From: Gemmatimonadales bacterium
GTDB lineage: Bacteria; Gemmatimonadota; Gemmatimonadetes; Gemmatimonadales; GWC2-71-9
DNA: 64,000 nt
NCBI GenBank assembly: GCA_035517615.1
Contig: DATIYM010000018.1
Coordinates: 45,822-109,821, forward strand
Direction of reading: 5' to 3'
Numbering within the stretch: position 1 is the first letter of the stretch; each line of letters starts with the position of its first letter. Shown one piece after another: positions 9,236-18,800 of the stretch. The notes beneath the pieces were generated by a model that made no database searches, was not told the origin of the DNA, and saw only the letters and a program-made list of their open reading frames with translations. Made by a program: the position numbers and the translations under genes.

Positions 9236-10348
9236 ATGGCGTGCTCGAGCTACGTGCCGCCGCCGCGCCCCGGGTCGCCGACGTACACCGCTCCCGCCCG
9301 TCAGGAGACGCGCTGGCTCGTCTACCTGGCGACGCCGCAACACGACCCGTCCGCATCCGAGTCGTTGAGCGCCGACCCCCGGCCGTCGTGGCACGTGAGC
9401 GTGGGGCGCGCGGTACGGGGCGCGCCGGCGATCACGGAATCGGTGATCGCGGTGGGGACCGCCGACCGCCAGGTCGCGCTGGTGGACCGCTCGAGCGGTC
9501 AGGTGCTCTGGCGCGCGGGGCTCCACGGAACGATCCATGGCGGCCCGCTCATCGACGGCGATCGCGTGTACGTCGCGACCGAAGCGTCGCCCTCCGGGCG
9601 CGTCTACGCCCTCGGGCTCAAGGATGGCCGCGTGGTATGGAGTACGGAGACGGGGGGCATCGAGGCAGGCCTCGCGATCGAAGGCGATTCGTTGTACGCG
9701 GGCACGGAAACAGGACACATCATGCGGCTCGAGACACGGGAAGGCAAAGTCCAGTGGCAGCGCCAGCTCGCCGGAGCGATTCGGGCGGACCCCGTTCCCG
9801 GTCCCGCGGGCCTCGCCGTGATCACGACCGCCGATACGCTGTATCTCCTGGACGCGGAATCGGGCGCCGTGCGCCGGCGGGTGGCGCTGCCGGGCACAGT
9901 GCTCGCTCCCCCGGCGCTCAGCCAAACGGGCATTCATCTGTTCGCGGGTACGACGGCTGGACATCTCCTCGCGATCAATCTGATCGACGGGACATTCTCC
10001 TGGGATGTGAAGGCCGGCGACGCGGTGCTCGCGGCACCGGTCCTGGTGCGCGACACCGTGTTCTGTCTCACGCGCGACGGGCATCTCTGGCTCGTCCCGC
10101 GCGATCATCCGGACTCGGCCCGCGTCCTGCCCCTCGCGGTCGTCACGATCGCGGGCCCGACACCGCTGAGCGAAGGGGCCGGCACTCTGGTCGCGACGAT
10201 CGCCGGCGAAGTCCTGCTCGTGGAACCGCGGCGCGGCGACATTCTCTGGCGCGCGGAGCTCGACGGTCCCATCGAGCAACCACCGCTGGTCCGCGGTCGG
10301 GAACTGGTCGTGATCGGGGGGCGAGGCGATATTCACGCGTACCGATGA
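9236..10348 (+). CDS. PQQ-like beta-propeller repeat protein, BamB-like
   Basis: This is the C-terminal 370 codons of track ORF 8072..10348; the upstream part is antisense to asnS. It has repeated motifs such as G.V.W......I.GGP.I.GD.VYV. The in-frame GTG at 9155 would add VLRQRLDAQRLGHRRGILAAVICSVNAMAC, a lipoprotein-like signal. Confidence 0.65.
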   Translation: MACSSYVPPPRPGSPTYTAPARQETRWLVYLATPQHDPSASESLSADPRPSWHVSVGRAVRGAPAITESVIAVGTADRQVALVDRSSGQVLWRAGLHGTIHGGPLIDGDRVYVATEASPSGRVYALGLKDGRVVWSTETGGIEAGLAIEGDSLYAGTETGHIMRLETREGKVQWQRQLAGAIRADPVPGPAGLAVITTADTLYLLDAESGAVRRRVALPGTVLAPPALSQTGIHLFAGTTAGHLLAINLIDGTFSWDVKAGDAVLAAPVLVRDTVFCLTRDGHLWLVPRDHPDSARVLPLAVVTIAGPTPLSEGAGTLVATIAGEVLLVEPRRGDILWRAELDGPIEQPPLVRGRELVVIGGRGDIHAYR

Positions 10349-10842
10349 GCACCCGCGCTTTCGCAGTTCTGGCCGGGTTGTTGTGGTGTGCCTCGCTCCG
10401 CGCGCAGCAGCCTGGACTCTCGACCGAAATCAGCCACGAGCATAAGCGCGGCTGGATCACCCATTACGGGAAATGGGTCGCGTTCGCGTTTGCGGGCACA
10501 TTCACGGCGCTCGGCGCCCACGAGCACGAAAACTCGAACCGCGTCTACAATCAGCTGGTCAATGTCTGCCGCGACGACAACAGCGCATGCGCCCTTGGGC
10601 CGGACGGCGCCTACCTGAACCCCGCCACCGAGCAGATCTACCAGACGTCGCTGCATTACGACTCGCGCGCCCGGCTCCGCCTCATTGCCGGCCAGGCGGG
10701 CCTGCTGCTCGCGGGGGCGCTGTTCCTCGCCGATCTCCATCACGGTGACGATCCGGGAAACATTCCCTTCACACCTCCGGCAGAGCTGCTCGTGGCACCC
10801 AAGCCGGACGGGGCAGAGGTCGGAGTTCAGATCCACTTCTAA
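10345..10842 (+). CDS. hypothetical secreted/membrane protein
   Basis: 165 aa. ATGA overlap with the upstream gene. Signal peptide MSTRAFAVLAGLLWCASLRA-QQ and two further hydrophobic segments. No family recognised. Confidence 0.5.
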   Translation: MSTRAFAVLAGLLWCASLRAQQPGLSTEISHEHKRGWITHYGKWVAFAFAGTFTALGAHEHENSNRVYNQLVNVCRDDNSACALGPDGAYLNPATEQIYQTSLHYDSRARLRLIAGQAGLLLAGALFLADLHHGDDPGNIPFTPPAELLVAPKPDGAEVGVQIHF

Positions 10843-10855
10843 ACGCGTTCTGGCG

Positions 10856-12919
10856 TCAACCGACGCGAAACAACTCCAGCCCCCGTTCGTACCGCGCCAG
10901 AATGCGTTCCCGGTACCGCACGTGTCGCTCGAGGGCCGGATCGTGGGCGATGATGTCGGCCGCCGCGCGGCGCGCGGCTTCGACCAGCGGCAGGTCGGTT
11001 TCGAAATTGGCGTACTTGAGCTCCGCGCTGCCCGACTGCCTCGCACCGACCAGCTCTCCCATGCCGCGCTCCTTCAGGTCGAGCTCGGCGATCGCGAACC
11101 CATCGGTGGTCCTGGCGAATGCGGTGAGCCGCCCCGTCGCCTCCGGCACATTGGAGAGCAGGATGCAGTGGCTCTGCGCTTCACCGCGGCCGACGCGCCC
11201 GCGCAGCTGATGTAGCTGGGCGAGTCCGAAGCGCTCGGCGTGCTCGATCAGCATGACGGACGCGTTCGGAACGTCGATCCCCACCTCGATGACCGTCGTT
11301 GCCACAAGAATCTGAATCTGATTGTCGCGGAACTCGCGCATGACACGGTCGCGCTCCTCGGCCGGGAGCCGGCCGTGTACGAGCCCGACCCTGAGCTCGG
11401 GAAACGTGCGCTCGAGCCGGCCGGCCATTGTGGTCGCGGCCTTGAGATCGGCCTTCTCGGATTCATCGATCACCGGATAAATGACGTACGCCTGCCGTCC
11501 CGCACGGGCTTCAGCGCGGAGGAACTCGTAGATCTTCGCGCGCGCCGCGTCGTCGCGGACCGCCGTTTTGACCGCACCGCGCCCCGGAGGACGCTCGCGG
11601 ATTTGGGTGACGTCCAGATCCCCGTACAGCGTCAGCGCCAGCGAGCGTGGAATCGGCGTGGCCGTGAGCAGCAGGACATCCGGCGCGTCGCCCTTTTCGA
11701 CCAGGGCGGCGCGCTGCTCCACGCCGAAGCGGTGCTGCTCGTCGATGACCGCCAGTCCGAGCCGCCCGAACGCCACCTCGTCCTGAATCAGTGCATGCGT
11801 GCCGACCACGATCCGCGAATCGCCCCGAGACAGCCGGTCGCGGGCGGCGATCTTTGCGCCGGCCGAAAGTTTCCCGATCAGGAGATCGGGCGCAACGCCC
11901 AGCGGCTCGAGCAATCGGCCCAACGTGGCGTGGTGCTGCTCCGCGAGCAGCTCGGTCGGCGCCATGAGCGCGGCCTGGTATCCGTTGTCGAGCGCCAACA
12001 GCATGGCAAACAGGGCCACAACGGTCTTGCCCGTTCCCACGTCGCCCATCAACAAGCGGTGCATGCGCTCGGGAGCGGTCATGTCGGCCGCGATCGCCTC
12101 GATCGCGTTCTGCTGATCTCCCGTCAATACGAACGGCAATGATCGCGTGAGTCGCGTTTCGAGGTCATCCGAGTCCTTGCGACGCGCGAACTGAATGCCG
12201 GAACGGCCGCGCTTCGCGAGAAACCGGGCGCGGGCCTGCACCAGCTGCTGGTCGAACAATTCGTCATAGGCGAGGCGGCGGCGCCCTGCCTCCGCGGCGT
12301 CGAGACTCGCGGGCCGGTGCATCGCCTCGAGCGCGCGACCAAGCGGCGGCAATCCCAGCGCCTCGAGGCGCGCGGGGGGATGCGGGTCCTGCGTCAGTGT
12401 GAGCAGCGTATCGAGGTGCTGGTGAACGAGCGCGCGGATCTGCCGGTGCGTGAGCCCTTCGGTGGCCGGGTAGACCGGCAGCACCAGGCCGCGCTCCGGC
12501 TCCTCGCCGTTGTCCGACAACACGAGGAACTCGCGCGGCACGATCTGCCGTCCGTGGTAGTAGCGGACGGGACCGGTCACGAGCAGCAGCTGCCCGGGAA
12601 CGATCTGGCGCTCGAGAAATGGCTGTCCCGGCCAGGCGCACTCGAGCACACCGCTCGCATCGCGCAGCACCGCGTGGAATACTCGCAAACCGCGCCGCGT
12701 CGGCAGCACGCCCGTCGATACCACCCGTCCAACGCTCGTCACCTCGTGACCCACCGTCGCGCGGGCCAATGGGGTCAGCGTGGTGGCGTCGAGATAGCGG
12801 TGTGGCGTGTGATACAACAGATCGCCCACGGTCCGAATGCCGAGGCGGGCCAGGGCCTCGGCACGTTTGGGGCCCACGCCCTTCAGGAATTTGACCGGAG
12901 TCGTGATCTCGAGCGGCAT
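10856..12919 (-). CDS. recG: ATP-dependent DNA helicase RecG
   Basis: 687 aa. Wedge/OB N-terminus and SF2 motifs GDVGTGKT, DEQHRFG, TATPIPRS, QLHQLRGRVGRG. Confidence 0.9.
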   Translation of the reverse strand: MPLEITTPVKFLKGVGPKRAEALARLGIRTVGDLLYHTPHRYLDATTLTPLARATVGHEVTSVGRVVSTGVLPTRRGLRVFHAVLRDASGVLECAWPGQPFLERQIVPGQLLLVTGPVRYYHGRQIVPREFLVLSDNGEEPERGLVLPVYPATEGLTHRQIRALVHQHLDTLLTLTQDPHPPARLEALGLPPLGRALEAMHRPASLDAAEAGRRRLAYDELFDQQLVQARARFLAKRGRSGIQFARRKDSDDLETRLTRSLPFVLTGDQQNAIEAIAADMTAPERMHRLLMGDVGTGKTVVALFAMLLALDNGYQAALMAPTELLAEQHHATLGRLLEPLGVAPDLLIGKLSAGAKIAARDRLSRGDSRIVVGTHALIQDEVAFGRLGLAVIDEQHRFGVEQRAALVEKGDAPDVLLLTATPIPRSLALTLYGDLDVTQIRERPPGRGAVKTAVRDDAARAKIYEFLRAEARAGRQAYVIYPVIDESEKADLKAATTMAGRLERTFPELRVGLVHGRLPAEERDRVMREFRDNQIQILVATTVIEVGIDVPNASVMLIEHAERFGLAQLHQLRGRVGRGEAQSHCILLSNVPEATGRLTAFARTTDGFAIAELDLKERGMGELVGARQSGSAELKYANFETDLPLVEAARRAAADIIAHDPALERHVRYRERILARYERGLELFRVG

Positions 12920-13785
12920 CAGGCGCTCATGATGCGGCGCGCATACTGCTCGGGATCGAACGGCTCCAGGTCGCCAAGCGCCTCCCCGGTGCCGATGAAT
13001 CGTACGGGAACGCTGACCTCCCGTCGCAAGGCGATCACGCTCCCGCCCTTCGCCGTGCCATCGAGCTTGGTCACGATCAGCCCCGTGAGGGGAATCGCGG
13101 CGGCGAACGTCTTGCCCTGCTGCACGGCATTCTGTCCCGTCGTACCGTCGAGCACGAGCAGCGATTCGTGCGGCGCGCCGCTCGCGGGATGCGCTTTGTC
13201 CGCCACCCGCACGACTTTCTTCAATTCCTCGAGCAGTCGTTCATCGGTGTGGAGCCGGCCGGCCGTGTCGACGAGCACGGTGTCCACGCCACGCGCTTTC
13301 GCCGCGCTGATCGCATCGAAGGCGACGGCCGCCGGATCGGAGCGTTCTCCCCCGCTCACACATGGGGCGCCGAGCCGGTCAGCCCAGATGCGCAGCTGAT
13401 CTACGGCGCCGGGGCGAAATGTATCGGCGGCGGCGAGCAGCGTGGGACGCCCTTCGTCGATGAGACGCCTCGCAAGCTTCGCCACCGTGGTCGTCTTGCC
13501 AACCCCGTTCACGCCGAAAACCAGAATGATCGTCGGGGCGCGATCCGCATGAGCAAGCTCACCCGGCGCGCGTCCTCCCGCCGCTGTGCCGTCCGTGAGA
13601 AGGTCCGCGATGGTGCGCTCGAGCGTTTGCTGCAATTCACCGTCCTTGACGCGCGATAGCCGATCCAGGATTTCGGTCGTGGCCGTCACGCCGAAATCGG
13701 CCTCGAGCAGCAGGCGTTCGGCGGCGTCGCGTTCCGCGAGAGTCGCGCGGCCGAACACGCGGCGCATGCGATCCCACAATGACAT
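12919..13785 (-). CDS. ftsY: signal recognition particle receptor FtsY (NG domain only)
   Basis: GVNGVGKTTTVAKLA, DTAGRL, TKLDGTAKGG. I chose ATG 13785 (MSLWDRMRRVFG), which overlaps the upstream stop by 1 nt (TGATG). The track start at 13818 is also possible. Confidence 0.85.
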   Translation of the reverse strand: MSLWDRMRRVFGRATLAERDAAERLLLEADFGVTATTEILDRLSRVKDGELQQTLERTIADLLTDGTAAGGRAPGELAHADRAPTIILVFGVNGVGKTTTVAKLARRLIDEGRPTLLAAADTFRPGAVDQLRIWADRLGAPCVSGGERSDPAAVAFDAISAAKARGVDTVLVDTAGRLHTDERLLEELKKVVRVADKAHPASGAPHESLLVLDGTTGQNAVQQGKTFAAAIPLTGLIVTKLDGTAKGGSVIALRREVSVPVRFIGTGEALGDLEPFDPEQYARRIMSA

Positions 13786-15593
13786 CAGGGCATTCCCTGG
13801 CGCCGTCGCCACGCCCATTCACCCGCGAACGCGCCGAGCGCGAGCGCGAACAACCACCACCGATCGCGCGCGTCCCGCCCCAGGACATCGGTCGCGCCGG
13901 CTCCTGGCTGCGCCCGCAGTACGGGTTCGGCGGGGCGCCACTCGTCGGAATAAGTATCGACCGCGATCATGCCCTGCTCTCCGCCCCCGCCGAGCCGATA
14001 TCGATAGATACCGGGGGGAAGGACCAGCGCGCTTCGGCCGGCGGCATTCCATCGCAGGGTGTCCTGCCGCGCGGTGTCGCCGTTCGTCAATGTCGCGACG
14101 AGGTCTTCCGGCGTTCCCCAGCCGATCCAGCGCCACCCGAGCGGCATGCCGTTCGGAACGACGAGCGCATCGGGAATGGCGCGGGTTTCGGCGCCCTTGC
14201 GATGCTCGGCCAGGAGCCAGTCCGCAAGCGCGGCAACGAGCGCCCGGTACGCCTCCGCGCTTCTGCCGCCGCGAAACACCCAACGATACAATCCCGCCGC
14301 GCCGATCTCCGCTCGCCTGGTTCCGCCAACTTCGGAAAGCACCACGGCCGGGCGTGACAACCCGCGCCGCGCGAGGCGCGCCGTCAGCACGGCCACGCCC
14401 CCGCTGTCGACAGCCGGCGCAGCGAGCGAGACCGCCGGCGGCAGCGAGTCCCAGGAGATCCCGCCTAACGCGGGGGCCGCGGGAGAGATGGGAGGCAGAT
14501 CGAAGTACCAGTCGCCATCCTGACCGCCGCGCGTGGGCCAGCGCAGCAGCGCGGCACGCGCCGGGAAGTGCCCGAAGTTCGCCGGGTCACCGCCCTCAAC
14601 GAGCAGGCGCGCCTGCGAGACCGCTGTGTGCACCTCGGCCTGGGAGACGGGCGTCAGGGACGCGGCATCGATCCAATGCTCGCCGGTACCCGCACCCGCG
14701 GTCCGCGAAAACATTCTGAGCGGCGCGCGCGCGACGTCCGACAGAGTGCGAGCGAGAAAGCGCACATCCCAATCGGGTGGCTCGGCGAGCACGACGATCG
14801 CGGGCGCCGCGCTCACCTCGACCGGGAACAATCGCGCGTCGTCACGAGGTTCGGAATCGTTCACGCCTTCCAGGCGAATCGACAGCGCATGCCAGCCGGC
14901 AGCCGGGAAGCGAGCAGCGGGAAGCGTGAGTTCTGTCGAGACAATCCCGCTGTCGGGGAGCGGGACTCGTTGCGATGCCAGCATCATGCGATCGATGGTG
15001 GCGGTCAATTTCGCTTCCCGCTTCCCGCTGCCCGCTGCCCGCTGCTCGCTTCCCGCTTCCCGCCTCCCTGCCGTTCCGTAACTCACCCTGAGCCGCAGCG
15101 TATCGCTCGCCGTGATGCGATTGGGCCCGTCTACGGCCGCGACAAAGGCATCGAAAAACGAGGCTCGCGGAAGCAGGACAATTTTCGGCAGCCGGAGCAG
15201 GTCGGGAGGGATTGCTGCTCGGTCGGTGATCGCGCCGTCGGTGACGATCGCGACGGGACCCCCGCGGCCGGCGGCGGCGCTCAGCGCGGGCGCAAGCCGG
15301 CTGTCGCCTGCGGTCGGTGGCGACGTGTCGAGCGCCGCTCCCGCCGTCTGTCCCGCGATCTCGGTCCCAAACCGCCAGACGACGCCTCCACGGGCGAGCC
15401 GGCGCGCGCTGTCTGCCGCCACGCTCCACGTCGCCCCGTACCCGCGCATGCTGAGCGAGGCATCGAGCAGCACGAGCGGTGGTTCGCTGGCGGGGAGACG
15501 ATGGGTGGCGACGGGATTCCACAACAGGAGGATCAGCGCGGCAAGACCGACGACGCGGAGAAGCGCGATCCCGAGCGTCAGCCGGCCATGCAT
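13785..15593 (-). CDS. vWA-like membrane protein with N- and C-terminal TM anchors (hypothetical)
   Basis: Track ORF 13785..16013 trimmed to ATG 15593 (MHGRLTLGIALLRVVGLAALILLLWNPV). DxSxS-like LLDASLSM follows the TM segment. C-terminal TM is WWLFALALGAFAGEWAW. It overlaps the hisA stop by 16 nt. Confidence 0.6.
   Translation of the reverse strand: MHGRLTLGIALLRVVGLAALILLLWNPVATHRLPASEPPLVLLDASLSMRGYGATWSVAADSARRLARGGVVWRFGTEIAGQTAGAALDTSPPTAGDSRLAPALSAAAGRGGPVAIVTDGAITDRAAIPPDLLRLPKIVLLPRASFFDAFVAAVDGPNRITASDTLRLRVSYGTAGRREAGSEQRAAGSGKREAKLTATIDRMMLASQRVPLPDSGIVSTELTLPAARFPAAGWHALSIRLEGVNDSEPRDDARLFPVEVSAAPAIVVLAEPPDWDVRFLARTLSDVARAPLRMFSRTAGAGTGEHWIDAASLTPVSQAEVHTAVSQARLLVEGGDPANFGHFPARAALLRWPTRGGQDGDWYFDLPPISPAAPALGGISWDSLPPAVSLAAPAVDSGGVAVLTARLARRGLSRPAVVLSEVGGTRRAEIGAAGLYRWVFRGGRSAEAYRALVAALADWLLAEHRKGAETRAIPDALVVPNGMPLGWRWIGWGTPEDLVATLTNGDTARQDTLRWNAAGRSALVLPPGIYRYRLGGGGEQGMIAVDTYSDEWRPAEPVLRAQPGAGATDVLGRDARDRWWLFALALGAFAGEWAWRRRQGMP
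15013..15068 (-). repeat. 8-unit heptamer array; sense strand reads GGGAGGC GGGAAGC GGGAAGC GAGCAGC GGGCAGC GGGCAGC GGGAAGC GGGAAGC
   Basis: Read directly on the plus strand as gcttccc gcttccc gctgccc gctgccc gctgctc gcttccc gcttccc gcctccc. It encodes GRREAGSEQRAAGSGKREA within the vWA-like CDS. Confidence 0.85.
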
Positions 15594-16291
15594 TGCAGCG
15601 CCTCGACGAGCGTGAACCGGCCCTCGTACAGTGCGCGTCCGACGATGGCGCCCGCGAGACCGGCCGCCCGCACGCCCCGAAGGTCGTCGAGCGACGACAC
15701 TCCACCGGATGCAATGACGTCGAGCCCGTATTGCGCCAGCGCGCTCGCCCCCTTCACGTCCGGACCCGTGAGCATGCCGTCGCGCGCCACGTCGGTGTAG
15801 ATGACAGTCCGCGCGCCCTGCTTGCGAACGCGCTGCGCGAGATCCGCCGTGGTCAAGTCGAAGACTTCCGTCCATCCTCGCACCGCCACCTGTCCCGCCT
15901 TGGCGTCGATGCCGATGGCCAGCCGCTCGGGGCCGTGCCGGGCAAGCAGCGTATCCACGAGCGCGGGATCCGTGGCGGCTTTGGTACCGATCACCACGCG
16001 CGTGGCGCCCCAATCGAGCATCTCCTGGATCGCATCTTCGGTGCGCAGGCCGCCGCCGACCTGCACGGGAATGGTCGCGGCGTTGAGAAAGCGGCGCGCC
16101 AGGTCGCGATTGTCGCCGCGACCGAACGCGCGGTCGAGGTCGACAAAGTGCACCCAGCGGGCGCCATCCCGTGCGAACGATCGCGCGATGGCCAGCGGAT
16201 CGTCGGCGTAGGCCGTCGCCTGGTCCGCCACCCCTTGCCGCAAGCGCACGACGCGCCCGCCCTGGACGTCGACGGCGGGATAGAGCTCCAC
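15578..16291 (-). CDS. hisA: 1-(5-phosphoribosyl)-5-[(5-phosphoribosylamino)methylideneamino]imidazole-4-carboxamide isomerase
   Basis: Track ORF trimmed to GTG 16291 (VELYPAVDVQGGRVVRLRQG). Other motifs are HFVDLDRAF, VQVGGGLR and ASGGVSSLDDL. It stands alone, with no other his genes nearby. Confidence 0.85.
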   Translation of the reverse strand: MELYPAVDVQGGRVVRLRQGVADQATAYADDPLAIARSFARDGARWVHFVDLDRAFGRGDNRDLARRFLNAATIPVQVGGGLRTEDAIQEMLDWGATRVVIGTKAATDPALVDTLLARHGPERLAIGIDAKAGQVAVRGWTEVFDLTTADLAQRVRKQGARTVIYTDVARDGMLTGPDVKGASALAQYGLDVIASGGVSSLDDLRGVRAAGLAGAIVGRALYEGRFTLVEALQCMAG

Positions 16292-16304
16292 AGTTGTCGG
16301 GAAA

Positions 16305-17618
16305 CTAATCGATCGGGGCGCTGGAACTCGACGTGAGAGGCTGGGTCGCGATGGGAATCGGGCCCTCGGGCTCGGCGGTCTCGGCCGTGCTCGAATCGAG
16401 CTCCGTCTGGAGCCGCGAGCGTGCCGAGTCGTACACGGCGCGCAGCGAGCGGGGAATCGCTGAGCCCGTCCCAACGTCCTTGCGTTGCGGATTGGTGGGG
16501 CGGCCATTCACGAGAAACTCATAATGCAGATGAGGGCCCGTGGCCAACCCGGTGGCGCCGACAAAACCAATCGTCTCTCCCTGCTCCACGCGCTTCCCGG
16601 CGTGCAGGCCGTGCGCGAATGCCGACAAATGACCGTAGCGCGTGCGAACCCCGTTGGCATGCCGGATTTCAATCAGATTGCCGTAGCCATCGTCGCGACC
16701 CGCCTCGGTCACGACCCCGTCGGCGGTGGCGCGCACTGGCGTGCCGTAGGGAGCGGCGAAATCGATGCCTTCGTGATTGCGCCAGAGGTGAAGAATGGGA
16801 TGGTAGCGAACTCCGAACCCCGACGAAATGCGCCGGAACTGGAGGGGCGCGCGCAGGAAGGCGCGCTTCAATGATCGGCCCTGATCGTCGTAGTAGGCGC
16901 CGCTCTCGCTCACGTCGGGCGTGAAATAGAACGCATAGCTCGGCCTGCGCGCGGCTTCGACCTCGGCCGCGAGCAGCCGGCCGAACCGGAGCTCGCCTTC
17001 GGGCGATTCGAGGCGCTCGAATAGCACCCGGAAGTGGTCGCCGGGGCGGACGTCACGCGTGAAATCGACCTCCCAGTCGTACACATCTGCCAGTGCCCAC
17101 GCCAGCGAGCGGCGCTCGACGGGCGGCAGCACGGCACCGGAAACGGCGTTGTCGAGGGCGTCGTACAGCGACGTGCTGATCACACCGTCCACGCGCACCC
17201 GGCTGACGGACCACGGGATCGTTTCGGCGGTCTCCGTCCACTGCGCGCCGCTGCGGTCGAGCTGAATGCGCCGCTCGCGCGACACGCGCACGTTCACCCG
17301 GCTCACTTCCGTTTCGGTCTTGAGCCGGCGGAACTGAAATACGACACCGGGCCGGAGCCGGCGTGCCGGCAGATCGCGCGCCGCGGTCAGAAAACTGGAA
17401 TAACTCTGGGAGACGATCCCATTGCGCGCCAGCAGGTGTGAAAGTGTCTCGCGCCGGCCGAGCGTGTCGGCGTATTCGACGTACGCCTCCTGAACCAGGA
17501 TGGGTTGCGCCGTGAGCGGCTGGCGTCCGGACCACGCTTCGCGCGCGCCCCAGGCGAGTGCTCCGAGGGCGAGCGCTGCAGTGGTGATGAAGTGGATCCG
17601 GGTGGGGCGACGGTTCAT
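16305..17618 (-). CDS. M23 family metallopeptidase (MepM/NlpD-like murein endopeptidase)
   Basis: 437 aa. N-terminal TM/signal segment. HEGIDFAAPYGTPVRATADG ... GATGLATGPHLHYEF is the LytM/M23 signature. It sits immediately downstream of ftsZ with a TAATG overlap. Confidence 0.85.
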   Translation of the reverse strand: MNRRPTRIHFITTAALALGALAWGAREAWSGRQPLTAQPILVQEAYVEYADTLGRRETLSHLLARNGIVSQSYSSFLTAARDLPARRLRPGVVFQFRRLKTETEVSRVNVRVSRERRIQLDRSGAQWTETAETIPWSVSRVRVDGVISTSLYDALDNAVSGAVLPPVERRSLAWALADVYDWEVDFTRDVRPGDHFRVLFERLESPEGELRFGRLLAAEVEAARRPSYAFYFTPDVSESGAYYDDQGRSLKRAFLRAPLQFRRISSGFGVRYHPILHLWRNHEGIDFAAPYGTPVRATADGVVTEAGRDDGYGNLIEIRHANGVRTRYGHLSAFAHGLHAGKRVEQGETIGFVGATGLATGPHLHYEFLVNGRPTNPQRKDVGTGSAIPRSLRAVYDSARSRLQTELDSSTAETAEPEGPIPIATQPLTSSSSAPID

Positions 17619-18781
17619 TAGTCCAGTTGCCGTCTGATGAAGGTGGGAATCTCGAGCTCATTCACATCGGCCACGGGCGGCTGTGCGAGTGGTCGTTTGA
17701 CCGGCGGCTCGACCGGCTTCACCACCCCGGGAGCGGGCGGCGTGCCCGGCCGGGTGATACGCTCCCGGAACGGCAGCACCCCGGCCGCCGTCGCGCGCAG
17801 CGCGGCGTCGGTCGCCGCGTTCTGCTTTTCGAAGCCGGTCGCGATCACCGTGACGCGCAGCTCGCCGTGCATGGCGGGATCGTTTACCGTCCCAAAAATG
17901 ATTTCCGCCTCTTCTCCCGCGGCATCCTTGACGACGTCCGAAATCTGCGTGACCTCGCCGAGGGTGAGATCTTCACCACCGGTGATGTTGATCAGCACGC
18001 CCGTCGCCCCCGCGATCGACACGTTGTCGAGCAGCGGGCTCGAGATCGCCTGCTGCACCGCTTCCATCGCGCGATTTTCGCCCCGCCCCGTGCCCGTGCC
18101 CATGATCGCGGAGCCGCCGTTCTGCATCACGGTGCGCACGTCCGCGAAGTCTACGTTCACGATGCCGGTGACGGAGATGAGCGAGGAGATGCCCTGGGTC
18201 GCGTGTAACAGCACGTCGTCCGCCTTCTTGAGCGCATCCTGAAACGGTATGCCCTTCCCGACCACGGCAAGCAGCCGCTCGTTCGGCACGACGACCATCG
18301 TATCGACGTGCCGCTTCATTTCCGCGATGCCCATTTCCGCCTGGCGCATCCGCTTGCGGCCCTCGAACAGAAATGGCTTGGTCACGATCCCGATGGTCAG
18401 CGCGCCCAGATCGCGCGCCGCCTGCGCGATGATCGGCGACGCCCCGGTGCCGGTACCGCCGCCCATCCCGCAGGTGACGAACACGAGATCGGCGCCCTGC
18501 AGTGCATGGAGCACTTCGTCGCGATTTTCTTCGATTGCCTGACGGCCGATTTCGGGCCGGGCACCCGCGCCCAGGCCGCGCGTGAGCTTCTTGCCAATCT
18601 GGACTTTGACGTCGGCCTTGTTGTTGAGCAGCGCCTGCGCGTCGGTGTTGACCGAGATGAATTCGACGCCTGGCAGGCCTTCGTCCACCATGCGGTTCAA
18701 GGCGTTCCCGCCCCCACCGCCCACGCCGACGACCTTCATACGCGCGTTCTGTGAGACAGTCTCTTCAAGCTCGAAGATCAT
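17618..18781 (-). CDS. ftsZ: cell division protein FtsZ
   Basis: Trimmed to ATG 18781 ([31 protein letters not shown]). GGGTGTGA tubulin signature and conserved C-terminal peptide [11 protein letters not shown]. Confidence 0.92.
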   Translation of the reverse strand: MIFELEETVSQNARMKVVGVGGGGGNALNRMVDEGLPGVEFISVNTDAQALLNNKADVKVQIGKKLTRGLGAGARPEIGRQAIEENRDEVLHALQGADLVFVTCGMGGGTGTGASPIIAQAARDLGALTIGIVTKPFLFEGRKRMRQAEMGIAEMKRHVDTMVVVPNERLLAVVGKGIPFQDALKKADDVLLHATQGISSLISVTGIVNVDFADVRTVMQNGGSAIMGTGTGRGENRAMEAVQQAISSPLLDNVSIAGATGVLINITGGEDLTLGEVTQISDVVKDAAGEEAEIIFGTVNDPAMHGELRVTVIATGFEKQNAATDAALRATAAGVLPFRERITRPGTPPAPGVVKPVEPPVKRPLAQPPVADVNELEIPTFIRRQLD

Positions 18782-18800
18782 GGTGTCTCCCGGTCCCCGA

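Noticed and set aside
15013-15068. Whether the heptamer arrays are a miniature CRISPR or another spacer-containing array.
   Set aside because: The units are 7 nt and contiguous with no spacers. They lie inside ORFs in frame-compatible fashion. There are no cas genes in the window.
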